A stretch of DNA of 64,000 bases from Hypanus sabinus (taxonomy: Eukaryota): assembly GCF_030144855.1 (NCBI RefSeq), contig NC_082722.1, positions 27,280,001 through 27,344,000 of the forward strand, given 5' to 3'. A program made the translations under genes and the position numbers. The notes beneath the pieces were generated by a model. It had not been told where the DNA came from. It worked only from the letters and a program-made list of their open reading frames with translations, and searched no databases. Within the stretch, counting starts at the first letter, position 1, and each line of letters starts with the position of its first letter. Below, piece after piece: positions 12,871-25,564 of this stretch.

Positions 12871-14519
12871 GGAGATTATCTTTTTCACGTTGCTTTTCCG
12901 AATTCAATTTCATATGTAATTTGCAAACGAGGAAACACTAAAAAGCATTAAACTGGGAATAGCCCATAATCAGCTCTATAATTAACACGAATATCTGATT
13001 ACAACTGAGGAAAACTGAACCAACAGAACATTGGTGTTATTCATGGAAATACCGAACTATCGCAAAGCAGTATATGAATGAACTAAGTGCCAACGTTCAT
13101 TCTACCAGTTTTGCAGTATCAACTGATGTCAGCGGCTGTGTGCATTTGGAGGTATGACTGAGGAAACACCCGTAAAATCTATAGACTAAACAATTTGCGG
13201 TAATCAGTCGCATATACCACAAAAATGCGCTTGTGTTTTGAGATAGCGAAATATTTTGTACTATACCTTATGCCTTAAGGAGTTACCTACTCTCCAAACT
13301 GGATTTTGTTAAACTTCATTGCAAGTAACGAAAGAAACGCTCATGATTCTACAGGCTCATGGAGTTGAAAAATACCATATGAATCAAAAGAAAAAGAAAA
13401 AAGACATTGACATAGATTTTGTGTAAAACGTCAGAAAACTGAAATCGTCAAATTATGAGTTCATCACTAAGTTATTTTGCAATTTTTGATTCGGTTTGTT
13501 CAACTCAATGGATTTTTGATTAGTCGACGATTTTGAAATATTTTCACATAATAAAAGAAATGGAGCTGACAAACCGACTTACTGCTCTACAGCTTCCCGA
13601 TTCCAAGATCACCTCAGCATCCAAACATCAAAACCAACATATGTTGTACGCAGATGTAAATACATCAAAGAAACTGTGAAGCTGAGAATCCAGCTGCCGT
13701 TTAGAGCTATAGACTCTCAATGAGTGCAGGCCCGAGGCACTGCTTCGTTTTTTTTCTTGCATCCAGACGAAGATTATTAATCGATATCACACTTATAAGT
13801 TAGGAAGAGAAGGGATCAATTTCGTCTTCGAATTATTGGAGACCACTATCACAAGACAAAACTATAAAATTAAGCAACCTAAGAATAAGATTCGGAATAA
13901 AGTATTCCGCCTCCCTCTACTGCCTGATCACTCAAGAGGATGATGTCTGATATCCTCAACCATATTCTCTTCTGTTATATCACTGAACAGTCCCCAGTCA
14001 TGAGAAATACCTGCTTTGTCTTAAGTACCGCCGAAACCCTCCGCAAGATATTCACTCCATAGTCCTCAGAGGATGAAAGAAGAACATCAGTGATTCTTCA
14101 CCACTAGCTAGAGAAACTTTGCAGTGTAAAAAAAAATAGCCAACTGAACAGTTATCTTTGCACACTTACGTCAACGTTCAACCGCGGGAAATATAGATTT
14201 GAAGATGTGAAAAAATCGCAACATATTTTCGCGATAACATCTCTGTGTCTGAATATTTATCAGTAAATGTCGTAAGATTTTAAAAAATCAGTAATCTTCA
14301 GTTTAATGTACATTCACGCATGCTGCGCAAAATTAGCTGTAAAATATAACTGCACTATCACATGGTAGGAACAGAAATCCCAGGGCACCCAAAAGGCAAG
14401 AGATATCCATTGCAACCTCTGTAACTGTCCCAGCCCACATTGAAGCGGAGGAGGTGCGAAATCGGTCACATTAGACGAAATCAGATTTAGCCTAATCATA
14501 ACATTTGATTGCAATTCTG

Positions 14520-15000
14520 GACGTTGGAAAGTAGATATATATAGGAATCACCTGTCTCGATGTGTACCCTCGAAGAATATAGTGCTTTGGACAGAGCTCC
14601 TCGGCGATTAGTAACTGCCAAATTGGCCAAGGGAACAACAAAATAAATTTGAATTATGCACAGGATTTATTTGGCCAGTAGACATAAATTGATGCATTAA
14701 TTCTGGACCAGGTAGGTGTATGTGTGGCACAACAGGGTGAGCATCCTAGTAGGATAACATATTATTGTTGCTCATCAGGTCAGCGTGGTTGGTGGATAAG
14801 GAGCTGGAGTAAGGAAGGAAGGGAGTAGGTACAGGGAACATTTGCAATTAAATAAATTCCCTGTCTGATAATGCAATCAACAATTTACTCCTGAAAGAGT
14901 TTATACAATCCCGAGAAATTCGAAATATAATAGAAATGTACACCCTTTGAAACAGGAATGGGCCGCTCAGACCTGTTCTGCTGGATATACCGGCTGGGAT
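14520..15000 (+). mobile_element. Old CR1 fragments
   Basis: Remnants resembling CR1 ORF1 end, ORF2 start and 3' end; heavily diverged. Confidence 0.45.
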
Positions 15001-15026
15001 AGATTTCCCTTTGAGAATCATTCATT

Positions 15027-15068
15027 CACTTCGTTCTCCTAGGTCACTTCGTTCTCCTAGGTCACTTC
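15027..15068 (+). repeat. 18-bp tandem duplication
   Basis: cacttcgttctcctaggt x2 plus cacttc. Confidence 0.9.
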
Positions 15069-16769
15069 ACATCGCAAATTCAGTCGATTTCACCTGCTTT
15101 AAATAATGTTTTGATATTTACTATCAAATAAAGACGCAAAATTATATCGTATTCGTAATTGACAGGATCTTTCTGCTCTTATCTTCCTTATTCAATTCTT
15201 CATCTCATTAAAACACAAACAGTCATTTGTTATTTATCTGATGGACAAGGTAACAAGAGTAGACTACTTGCTCAAACAAGAGTGAAGTGCTCGTGATATC
15301 TTCTAAAGTGCTTTTCAGGATGCAGTTACTTTCAGCTCACCTCAACGTCGTTTCAAACACCATTACCTGCTCGCACTGGAGAATACCATTTGCAAAAAAA
15401 GCAGCACTCTGTAATACCAATAGAAAAGAACGTGTGTTCTGTATTTATCTGAAAAAAAATCAGTATACTCGATTGAATAAAGAAAATAAATATAATAATA
15501 ATATAAACGAAAGCAGGTTCAGTGGTTTTAAATACTTGTAAAGTACAGACAATTGTATAATCTCGAAAATTCCTCTGAATCATTCCGATCACGTGCATTT
15601 TGTCTCTGCGACAGCCTGTAGATGGCGCCATCTTTCATTGCAACTTTGTTACGACCATACCTCCCCACCCCACCCCCGTCCCCCAATTCCATCGCTTTGA
15701 GTTTTTACAATCTATTTGGAAACACTCCACTGCTAACAAACGATCCAAATCTTATTCGCTGAACAGCAGACAGGATTTTCAACCTTCGTTTCTTACTTTG
15801 TTTGATACAGATCTGACATTCTCATTTCAGGATTAGAGGACAAAATCACGATTAAGATGCTTTGGCGAATCCCCGAGGATACATTACACGCAAAATTAGT
15901 CTCATTAAACATCTTGAATAACGATTGCTTTGCACTTCCTACCGAGCAGCATTAATCGCATGGTATCGTTTTCTTGGATGATAAAGCTATGTACCATTAA
16001 TTGTCCAAAATATGTCATTTAATCCACCTTAATGAAACATGTTTGACTCGGCCGTTATTATATGTCTTTGCAGGAATCTGCAATGAGCAAATTGGATAAA
16101 ACTTTTCTTGCTCATCTTCCGAACAGTCCACTACTCCATCCCACGAGCTTGGTTCTACCTATCAGTGGTCGCACCCCTTTTCATATTAATATATTGAATA
16201 TCTTCCCTCTACACTCTAAATCCCGAGTCTCCAACTCAAAACATTAAACACTCGCATGCATTCACAGGCAGTGCGTGGCCCATCGACTTTGACAGGTGAA
16301 TTCCTTTAATGTCAATTATTATTTCACATGTTCATGGATGCTTGTAAATATTCCGAGGAACAACAGAGATGATTAGTAATTCCAAGTAAACACGATATCT
16401 TTTTTTCTCTAAAACTTTGCGTGTATATATTTAAATAACAAGTTAAGATCGTGTTATTTTAAAATAATAATACTCATTTTGCATACAATTGAGAATTTCA
16501 GTTAATTACCCAAGAGGTAGCATTAATCAATGCTACCTGCGTTTTGATGTCTCTTATTTCCTTCCATTTTGTTCGGTTGTGCATTCTAATCAGGATTTCC
16601 ATTGAGTTTTCATTTCAGGTTTTACTGAACTTGGTTAATGGTCTTGCCATTTAAGTCTTTTGCCACTAGTAGTCTTGTGGCTCTGCAAGTCATGTAGATT
16701 TGTGTACTGCTGAATGTGCGTCTTTCATTGCGTGGTTCTTATTAAAAGCACCGATCAAGTAATATTATT

Positions 16770-17110
16770 GTCCTGGCAGAATGTGTGCTTGCAGTTTATA
16801 TTTGGGTGACAGTCAGGAAAGGGAACCATCTAAAAAGCGAGCGCAGTGTACACTGTGGCTACCCCCCTCAACAGGTAAACCACTTTGGGTACTGTTGGAG
16901 AGAATGGTCTGCCAGGAGAAAGTCACGGCTGTCAGGTCTTTGGCACTGAGCATGTCCCTACGACTAAAAACGGAAGCTGGCGGGGGTGGTGCGGGGAGAA
17001 GAGGCGAGCTGTGGATATAGGCGATTCTTTTGGAGAACAGGAAAGAGTTTCGGTGGACGAGAACGAAATTTTTTGATGGTGTTGCTTCCTAGGTGCCAGG
17101 GTCAAGGTCC
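16770..17110 (+). mobile_element. CR1 ORF1 (esterase region) fragment
   Basis: Contains the equivalents of DIGDSF and VLLPRCQG, matching the GDS/LPGA esterase motifs of the fuller CR1 copies in the window. Confidence 0.65.
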
Positions 17111-17194
17111 AGGTCCAGGTCTGCTCCGCAATTCAATCATGAAGAAGAGACATGTATATATTTTTTTAAAAAATGTACAGGAAAGATCCCAGCG

Positions 17195-18712
17195 GTGAAG
17201 ACACCTGCAATGACTCCCTCATCGATCTAGAGCCGGACATTCTGGAAAATGAAGTTGAATAGGTGATAAAAATAAAACATTGCCAATAATAAGGCTGCAG
17301 GGTGTGACAGGATTCCCGTTGAATTTTTTTAAACTTTAAAAGGCGATGTTGTGTAAAAGTGCCTCATGGAATTTGCGAGCAAACCTGAAAAGCCCAACAA
17401 TGTCCTATAAACTGGAAGAGATCATTTCATATCCCAATTCCCAAGAAGAAAAATGTAAGGTAATGTTAAAATTACCGCACAATTTCACGAATTTCACATG
17501 CTAGCAAGTTAATGCCAAATATCATGCAAGCAAGACTCCAATGGTTTTAGATGATACAGAGGCACCAGAGTCCATATCACTAATCTACGCTGGATAATGG
17601 AGAAATCGAGTGAATTCCAGAAAAAGTATTTTTCTATGTTTTGTTGACTACTCTAAAGCCTTTGACAGTGTGGACCATTACAAACTCTAGCAATTTTTTA
17701 AAGAAATGATGATACCTAGACATCTGATATGCCTTATGAGAAATTTGTACGAAGATCAAGAAGCAATAGTTAGAACTTAACACAGAACAATTCACCAGTC
17801 AAGATTGAGAAGGGAGTATGACAAGGCTGCATACCGTCACCCTACTTATTTATTCTATATGCTGAACACATCATGAGGAATGCTGGTCTAAAGGACTCAA
17901 ATGTTCGAATCAAAATTGACGGGCAAAATATGAACCACTCGGATATGCAGATGATACTAGTCCAATGGCGGAAAGAAAAGAAGATCTGAGAAAGCTTCTA
18001 ATCAAAGTGAAATCAGAAAGAGCAACAGATGACTTTCGCAGAATATGAAGAAAAACAAGATTATGTCGACCATCTCTATTAACTCAATGATAATAAAAGG
18101 ACAGGAATTGGAAACAATGACGGATTTTGTCTTCCTCTGTTCAAAGATTTCTATAGATGGTAACTGCAGCCACAAAACGAAACTGCGCTCACTTCCGGGG
18201 AGAGCAGTATTAGCAAACTTGGATAAAATACTGACGATCAGAGATATAACATTGTCTACGAAAACTCTTATAGTCAGGTCTATGATATGTACCGTTGTGA
18301 TGAATGGCTGTGAGAGCTGGAGTATTAGTAAGATTGAATACAAAAGAATCAACACATTTGAACTTGGCTGCTTGAGGAAAGTATTCAAAGATTGTTAGAC
18401 AGCAAGAAAATCCAACAAGACAATACTTGAAGAAATACAACCAGGCTGCTCATTGGGAGGCTTGAATATGAGACAAAATTTCAAATATTTCGACCAATCA
18501 TTCCTTCAAGAAAACTGTCATGGTAGGGAGAACAAAAACGCTAAAAGAAGTAGAGAGCGACAGAAGCTACGGTGTGTAGATGATATTACTCAGACAATGA
18601 GTAGGATCTTGGGGGATCTTAGAGAGGCAGTTTCCAAAAAGAAGGTTTGGTTCGCAGGAGTCCATGAGGTCACGAAGAGCCGGTCTCGACTTAACGACTG
18701 AACAATAACAAC
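17195..18712 (+). mobile_element. RTE-clade LINE, BovB-like, 5'-truncated and decayed
   Basis: KNKIMST..ELETMTDFVFLCSKISIDGNCSH..RDITLSTK..MNGCESWSISK..INTFELGC; nucleotide motifs gactactctaaagcctttgacagtgtgga and tatgcagatgatac; 3' end ccatgaggtcacgaagagccggtctcgacttaacgactgaacaataacaac. Confidence 0.88.
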
Positions 18713-18769
18713 GAGCTTGACAGCGGCAGAAGATATTCTAAGGGATCGGACATAGAAGTTAACGCATGT

Positions 18770-21546
18770 TGCCAACATCGACCTTACAATACATTTCAAA
18801 TGGCTCACATGGAAGGTTGGGCAAGAAGTTTCTGTCGCTTAGCATTCAGGCTGAGGGACTAAATTGATTTGTCAAAAACTATGTGGGAGAAGCCATAAAA
18901 TAACATTACATAGTTGCCTCCCTGATCGGACAGGTCGCAGGGATCTGTGCAGGGTCCGTTGCTGGCTGTCATCTATATTACGGATCTGGATGATATTACG
19001 GATAAGTAGATCAACAAATCTGTGGATTACAACAAAATTATGTGTGTAGTAGACAGCGAGGAATGCTTTCCTTGTTGCAGAGGGATCTGAATCAGCAAGA
19101 AAAAAATAGGTGGAAAATTGCAGTTGGAATTTACTGTAGACAAGTACTAGAAGTTGAATGTCGGTGTGCCAACTGGGGTAGGTCTTACACGGTTAATGAC
19201 TGGGTACTGAGGAGTGTGATTGAACAAAAGGATCTGGGAATTCAGCTACATAATTTGGTGAAAATGGCGTCACGGATAGATAGGGTCGTAAAGAAAGCTT
19301 TTGGCGCAAACACTTCCAGCTGCTACTATTTGGGAATCTGTACCTCAACATAAGAGGCGGGACAAACAGGCTCCAGTTCAGCTTTTTACATCAGGTCATC
19401 AAACTGCATAACTCATATTGACAGAAATGTACTTCTATGCTATATTGACTATCCTATTTGTACGTTCTATTTATTACAAATTACTATAAATTGCACATTG
19501 TGGATTTAGACGGAGATAAGCATGTATTTAAATATGAAATTAAATTAAATTAAATTAAATTCGATTCCATTCTATCTTCAATGTATTTTGTTACATCTTC
19601 AAATAATTCAATCAGGTTCGGAAGGCATGCCCAGCCCTTGATAAACCACAAGACATGCAGACTATCCCTAATCCATGTCTATCCAAATGCTCAAAAATCC
19701 TGTCCCTCAGGATCTTCTCCAACAGCTGTCCCACCCCCGAAGTAGGATTCACTGGTCAATAATTTTCTGGGTTACATCTAACTCCTTTCTCGAATAAAGA
19801 AACAACATCTGCAACCTTCCAATCTTCTGGTATTTATGCCGTCCCTATTCAAAATACCTTTCTAAAACTCCTACACATCCTCTTTCTTAATGCTATAAAC
19901 TCAAGCGTTCCAGTCCGCTGTAAGTGATCCCCACATTTGACAAGGTCCTTTTCACTGGCAAATTCTGATGCAAGGTATTCGTTATGTCCCTCCACTACCT
20001 CCTCCGGCTCCATGCACATGTTTCCACTTTCAGTCCTGATTGGTCCCATTCCCTCACAGCTCAGCCTTCTGCTTTTCCACATACTTGTATAATGCCTTGG
20101 GATTTTCCTTAATCCTGCTCGCCAAGGTGTTCTCATGGCCCCTTATAGCTCTCTTAATTTCATTATTGAGCTCCTTCCTTCAGCCGTGTAATTTTCTAGA
20201 TATTGTAATTCATAACAAATTCATAGAATACGTGAAATAATATGCATTTCAGATGATAGAGAACAAGATTGTCATTTGATGGCAATAATTTGCGCCAGAC
20301 TAATATCAGCTAGAAAATACATTTGTGACATAGTGGAAAGTCCTGCCCTTTCACTTAAACGGTATAAAATTTCTTCATACGGACTCGCAGAAACACGAGA
20401 AAAAATTAAAAAAAAAAATTCTAATCGCATAAAGTGTAGGAGCGCCGGGGACTAGATGTACCTTACTCGCAGGAATTGAACAAAAATCCTTGTACATTAA
20501 AGAATGTGAAAGCAGAAGACAGATACCATAGTAAAGAGGCTTATGACTGGACACATGAATGTGCAGTGAACTATGGGATATATAGCATAATCACCTGGCA
20601 AAGATTTAGTTTAACTTGACATCGTGTTCGCGACAGCTTTGCCGAATGTCCTATTCCTGTGCTGTACTCATCCATCTTATATAAAAAGCAGTGTTAATGG
20701 GGTAAAGAACAGATAGACAAATGGCATGATGAGATAATGCCGAAAGCTGCCTTTTATCCACAAACATTCCACGATGCATTTAAAGACGGTTGAAAGCGGA
20801 AGGAGGGCCATGCCCCCACCTGATTATCGCATATCACGTTAGGTGGATAATGGAAAGCAGGGTAATTAATGAAAAACAGCATTGTTGAAGTTGGTAAGCT
20901 GAAATTAAGCAAAAAACATGAAGAGGCCTTGGCCCGTCAGGAACTTTCTCCAAGAGGGGACAATACGAAACAATGCTGTTCATGTCCGAGTGAAAAACTA
21001 TCAACTTGAAGTGTTAAAACGATTTCTCTCCTTGCCGATGGAGCCAAGCTTGTCACCACTGCCCAATGGTATCAAACAGCCGCATTAATTTTGCAGACCA
21101 ATACAGCTTCTCACTATCTCATCAAAAGAATAAACAACATTCAGTCGAGATGCTTATAGTATCACGAGAGTCTGGATAAACTTGGGTTGCTTTCATTGGG
21201 GCGTCGGAGGCTGAGGGCTGATCCGATAGAGATTTACAAGAATATTAGAAACATAGATAGTGCATACAGAGTATTTGTTGTCCAAGTTTGAAACATGAAA
21301 TGAAATTGAAGGTGAGAGGAGGTCGGTCCAATGGAGATGCGAAAAGGAAAGCTTTTTTACTCAGAGAGTCATCGATGCCTGGAATGCCCTCCTTGGTATG
21401 GTGATGGCTGCAAGTATGGAAGCTGAAGGCATATGGAAACAACTTTCTTGGGTACGATTAGTGTTTGAGTGTTTTGGTTTGTTATTTAGCTGGTTTGGTG
21501 CAGCATTTTGTGTCGGATGGTCAGTTCCTGTGCTGTTCTCTTATGG
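18770..21546. mobile_element. Cluster of decayed CR1 fragments in both orientations (about 18770-19300 +, 19560-20200 -, 20380-20690 +, 21130-21546 +)
   Basis: ORF remnants such as DRVVKKAFG and MGPIRTESGNMCMEPEEV, plus 3'-end motifs; unique DNA is interspersed. Confidence 0.7.
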
Positions 21547-21790
21547 CAGGGGTTCCCAACCTGGGGTGCCCGCACCCCCAGGGGGTGCGAGATGGAATTT
21601 CAGTGTGCGACAAAGAGTGGCTTGTGTCCTTGAGTGACGAGTCACGAGTCATCTCTCAGCCAGCTGCCCGTGTGCCTTGATAAGTCGTAGTAACGTTTGT
21701 CCCAAGCACACTCCAGTCTCCCGCTGCCCTATTCTGTGTTGAGGATTTCTCATCAGTGTTACTGGGAAGTTACACCTCAGAGTTGAGGTG
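21547..21790 (+). mobile_element. hAT (Buster/Charlie-type) left end
   Basis: TIR caggggttcccaacc followed by subterminal ggggtgc repeats. Confidence 0.75.
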
Positions 21791-22313
21791 TCTCATCGCT
21801 GTAGCTAGAAGGATACATCTCAGAGTTACAAATCATCTCATAATGTCAAAATCTTTATACATCCCGAATTCACCATCGAGTAACGATGTCGCATTAAAAC
21901 CAACCCCGCAGACAGTAGGTAAAATATTCAATTATACAATTTTAAAAAGCCGCATTTTGATGAAATGCAGCTGAAGTCATTCATTCGTATTTCTTTCAAT
22001 GCATTAAGGAAGCTTTGAGTTTCAAAGGTTTTTTTTTTCGCTTAAAACGTTTTTTTGTTGAATCGTTAATAATTTTGGATTGTGTTAGTTGTGGAGGTAT
22101 CATGGTTAGCACCGATGACATGAATCGTTTGATAGGAGTTCATATCTCCAGTAGTCATCGGAAATAGGTGTGTAAATTCAGTAGAGAGTAGCTTAATAAG
22201 TATCGTCGCGTCCCCATAGCATTTCCAACTGACTATTTATCTTGGCATAACCGCAGATAATATCATAATATAATATTCGGAAGCGTATTTCTCGCGATAC
22301 TTTGCTATAGCAG

Positions 22314-22985
22314 TCACAAGTGAATCTGCAGATGCTGGAAATAAATAATTAAAACACAAAATGCTGGCAGAACTCAGCAGGCCAGACAACATTTATGGGA
22401 GGAGGTAGTGACTACCTTTCCGGCCGAAACCCTTCATCAGCAGTGAAGTAACATGAGGCGCTCGAGGGAGGCTAAGAAGTGGGTGGAAGGAAGAAGTAGA
22501 GAGCTGGGAAGTGATAGGCTGAACTGAAATGGGCTGGGGAAGGTGGGGATATTACGGTAAACAAAAAGGAAAGGCAGTTAGGGCTGGGTGAGATTATAAT
22601 TATTGGGGAAAAAGAGAGAGAACGAAACCAGACTAAAATTATAGATAGGGATGGGGTAAGGGGTGCAGGGCTATGAACGGAGAACTGTTAGTTGAATGTT
22701 CATGCGGCAGGTAGGAGGCTACCTAGGCGGGACATAAGGTATTGCTCCATCAACCTACGTGTGCCCTCACGTTGACGGCAGAGCAGGCCAAGGACAGTCA
22801 TATCGGAGTGGGAGTGGTGTGTGGAATTGAAGTGTGTCGCCACAGGGAGATCCCGCCGCTGCTGGAGGACTGAGCGCCGGTGTTCGGTACCCCAGTCTGC
22901 GGCGGGTCTCCCCAATGCATAAATGGCATCATCGGGAGCACCGGATAGAATATATTACCCCAGCGTGTCTGGTTGAGTAAAGCAG
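22314..22985 (-). mobile_element. Penelope-like element 3' fragment (GIY-YIG end plus pLTR)
   Basis: ORF 22700-22915 DLPVATHFNSTHHSHSDMTVLGL..MEQYLMSRLGSL resembles a PLE endonuclease C-terminus; hammerhead-like motif at about 22405-22445. Confidence 0.8.
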
Positions 22986-22995
22986 TCATCCCTGA

Positions 22996-25092
22996 CTTAG
23001 TCAGAAAGTTTTTCTCCTATTAGCTCATGTTTTTCTCTTTACCTTCTACCCTTCATCACGTCAAAAAGAAGAAAATTGAATGATGACTATGTGTGCATTG
23101 GTTTCATTTGCACAACAAGAACCCCAGTCCATTCTTTGTAGCGTTGTGTTTTCCTACTCAAATCTGAAGCCATTAACGCTTCAAGAGCACTTCAAGATCA
23201 AGCATGGCGGAGCTGATGTTGAAGGACATGATATTGGGTCATTGAAAATCAAAACACTTCGAACTCTTCCAAAATTAGATTTCGTTTCTCTTGAAAAACC
23301 ACAACTTCTTGCTTCATACCAAGTGGCATATAAATTGGCCAAATCCAAGAAGACCCATACAATTGCGAAAGATCTCATCAAGCCATGTGCACTGGAAATG
23401 GCAATAATTATCCTGGGCAAAGAAGGAAGAAAAATATCTGGCAGGTGCCACTATCAAATAATGTCATTCACCACCGAATCATTGATTTGAGTGAAGATAT
23501 TTTGGATCAAGTCATCTCAGATGTCAGAGCTAGTCCTCTTAAAATCTCTATTCAGTTGAAAGATTCCACTGATGTCTCCAGTTGTAGTCAACTCATCATA
23601 TTAGTGAGATATGTCAATGATGGTTCTGTGAAGGAAGATGTCCTGTTTTGTAAAGATCTGAAAACAAGCACAACTGGAAAGTATGTGATGCAGCTGGAAA
23701 ATGACTTCTTTGCCAAACATGATTTATATATCAAAGTCATTGGTTCTGTGTGTACTGTTGGGGCACCTGCAACGCTTGGAAATGAATCGGGATTTACTGA
23801 ATTAATGAAAACGGAGATTCCAGACTTGCAAGGTACCCATTGCTTTTTTCATCGGCATGCTTTGTCATCAAAAACATTGCCTCCAAACTTGAAGAACGTC
23901 CATGATACTTGTGTGAAGATCATCAACTGGATGGGGGGGGGGGACGTGCTTTGAACGATTGCATCTTCAAATCATTTTGTGAGGATCTGGGAAGTGAGCA
24001 TTCAGTTTGGCTTTTCCACACAGAAGTCTGTTGTTTGTCACGAGGACACGCTTTAACCCGCTTCTTTGAACTGCGGGAAGAATTCAGAGCTTTTTGGAGG
24101 AGCATGAATGTGATCTGGTTGGGGCAATAGAATCACAAGAATTCGCCCAAATGCTGGCTTACTTAGTTGACATTTTCACTTGTATGAATGACCTGAATGT
24201 TTGTCTTCAAGGAAAAGGGATAAGCATATTGGAGGCTTGTGAAATGTTGAATGCCTTCAAAGAAAAGTTACGTATTTGGCGTCGAAGGATGGAAAGAGGC
24301 TGCTCTCAAATTTTCCTTCACTAGAAGAGATGGTTGGTGATGCTGGATCCATAACTCCTACCGTGCGTGAAGAAATTGTGGCTCATTTGGAAATGCTGTC
24401 AGAATCGATTGATGGGTATTTTGCTGCCTGAGACCTGACGATTTCAGAAGAATTGATCATGAATCCATATTCCTACAATTTGTACATATTCCTACATCCA
24501 GATGATGAAGAGCTGAAGGAAGATCATATTGATTTGCGGACAAATCAACCTTTTGAAATGCTGTTTGAAAGCAAGACTTTGGAGGTGTTTTGATGTGCGG
24601 CACTGGATATGTTCCCAAGACTTGGTGCAAAAGCACTCCATGTTCACATTCCAATTGCAATAACATACTTGTGTAAATCTGGATTCAGTTCGCTTTTGTC
24701 AATCAAGGCAAAATCTAGGAATGCCCTAAATCCACAAGCAGACCTGCTGATCGCATTCAGCAAGAAAGTTCCACGTTTTGACAAAATCATAAATGGGAAG
24801 CAGGAGTAAAGAAGTCATTGAATGTTAGGTTCACAATTGGGATTGATTTTACTGTTTACAATTTTTTCTGAATAAAATAGAATCTAATTGCTCGATTTAT
24901 ATTTGCATTTTATGCACTGAGTTAAAAGCTGTTTTTCAAGTTCAATTTGTTTACCCGGAGTATTGTATGTGGTTCAAAAATTAGAAATTAGAATTCTTAA
25001 TTTTCAAATCTGATATTACTTTTGTAGGGGGTGCGAACTTTAATCAAACATCTCCTAGGTGTGTGGGGCATAGAAAAGGTTGGGAACCACTG
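22996..25092 (+). mobile_element. hAT Buster-type transposon, decayed transposase and right end
   Basis: Frameshifted fragments PQSILCSVVFSYSNLKP..HFKIKH, KTHTIAKDLIKPC, SIQLKDSTDVS, THCFFHRHAL, FHTEVCCLSRG, TYLCKSGFS (ZBED5/FAM200-like); right TIR ggttgggaaccactg. Confidence 0.9.
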
Positions 25093-25564
25093 AATTACAG
25101 GGTACTACCTAATTATATTTACATAGATCCCAAATTATATTAGCAAGGTTTGCGGGTAGCACTTCAGCTACCACGCGAGGACGAATCCGCGAAGGTTAGA
25201 GGGGATAGTGATACCAAGTGTATACAGACTACATAGATGGGCGGTTGGTTTCCTGATGATCTGAACTGTGTCAATAACCTTCTTCATTTTTGCTGTTTTA
25301 GGCAACCTCCCACTATCAACATTTTGGGTATTAATAATAAGATATGACATTCGGCAGATTTACTTGAATGTAGACATACAAACAGTATTTGAGTGGAAAG
25401 GTCGAAGTGTTTGAGATGCAAAGTGACATGGGTGAACAAAGCCAATGAATGATTCACGATTGGAAATCAACCCCCGCCACCCATCATTCAGGCAAAGCTT
25501 CAAGCAGCAAGTGGGCAGAAGTGGTCACAGGTAGGCGAGAAAACGAGGATGCAGATCAAGCCAA

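Noticed and set aside
14330-14440. Minus-strand MDISCLLGALGFLFLPCDSA resembling a leader peptide
   Set aside because: No credible phase-1 donor and no downstream Ig exon on that strand.
23060-24810. Domesticated ZBED/FAM200-type gene
   Set aside because: Many stops and frameshifts and a retained right TIR indicate a decayed transposon.
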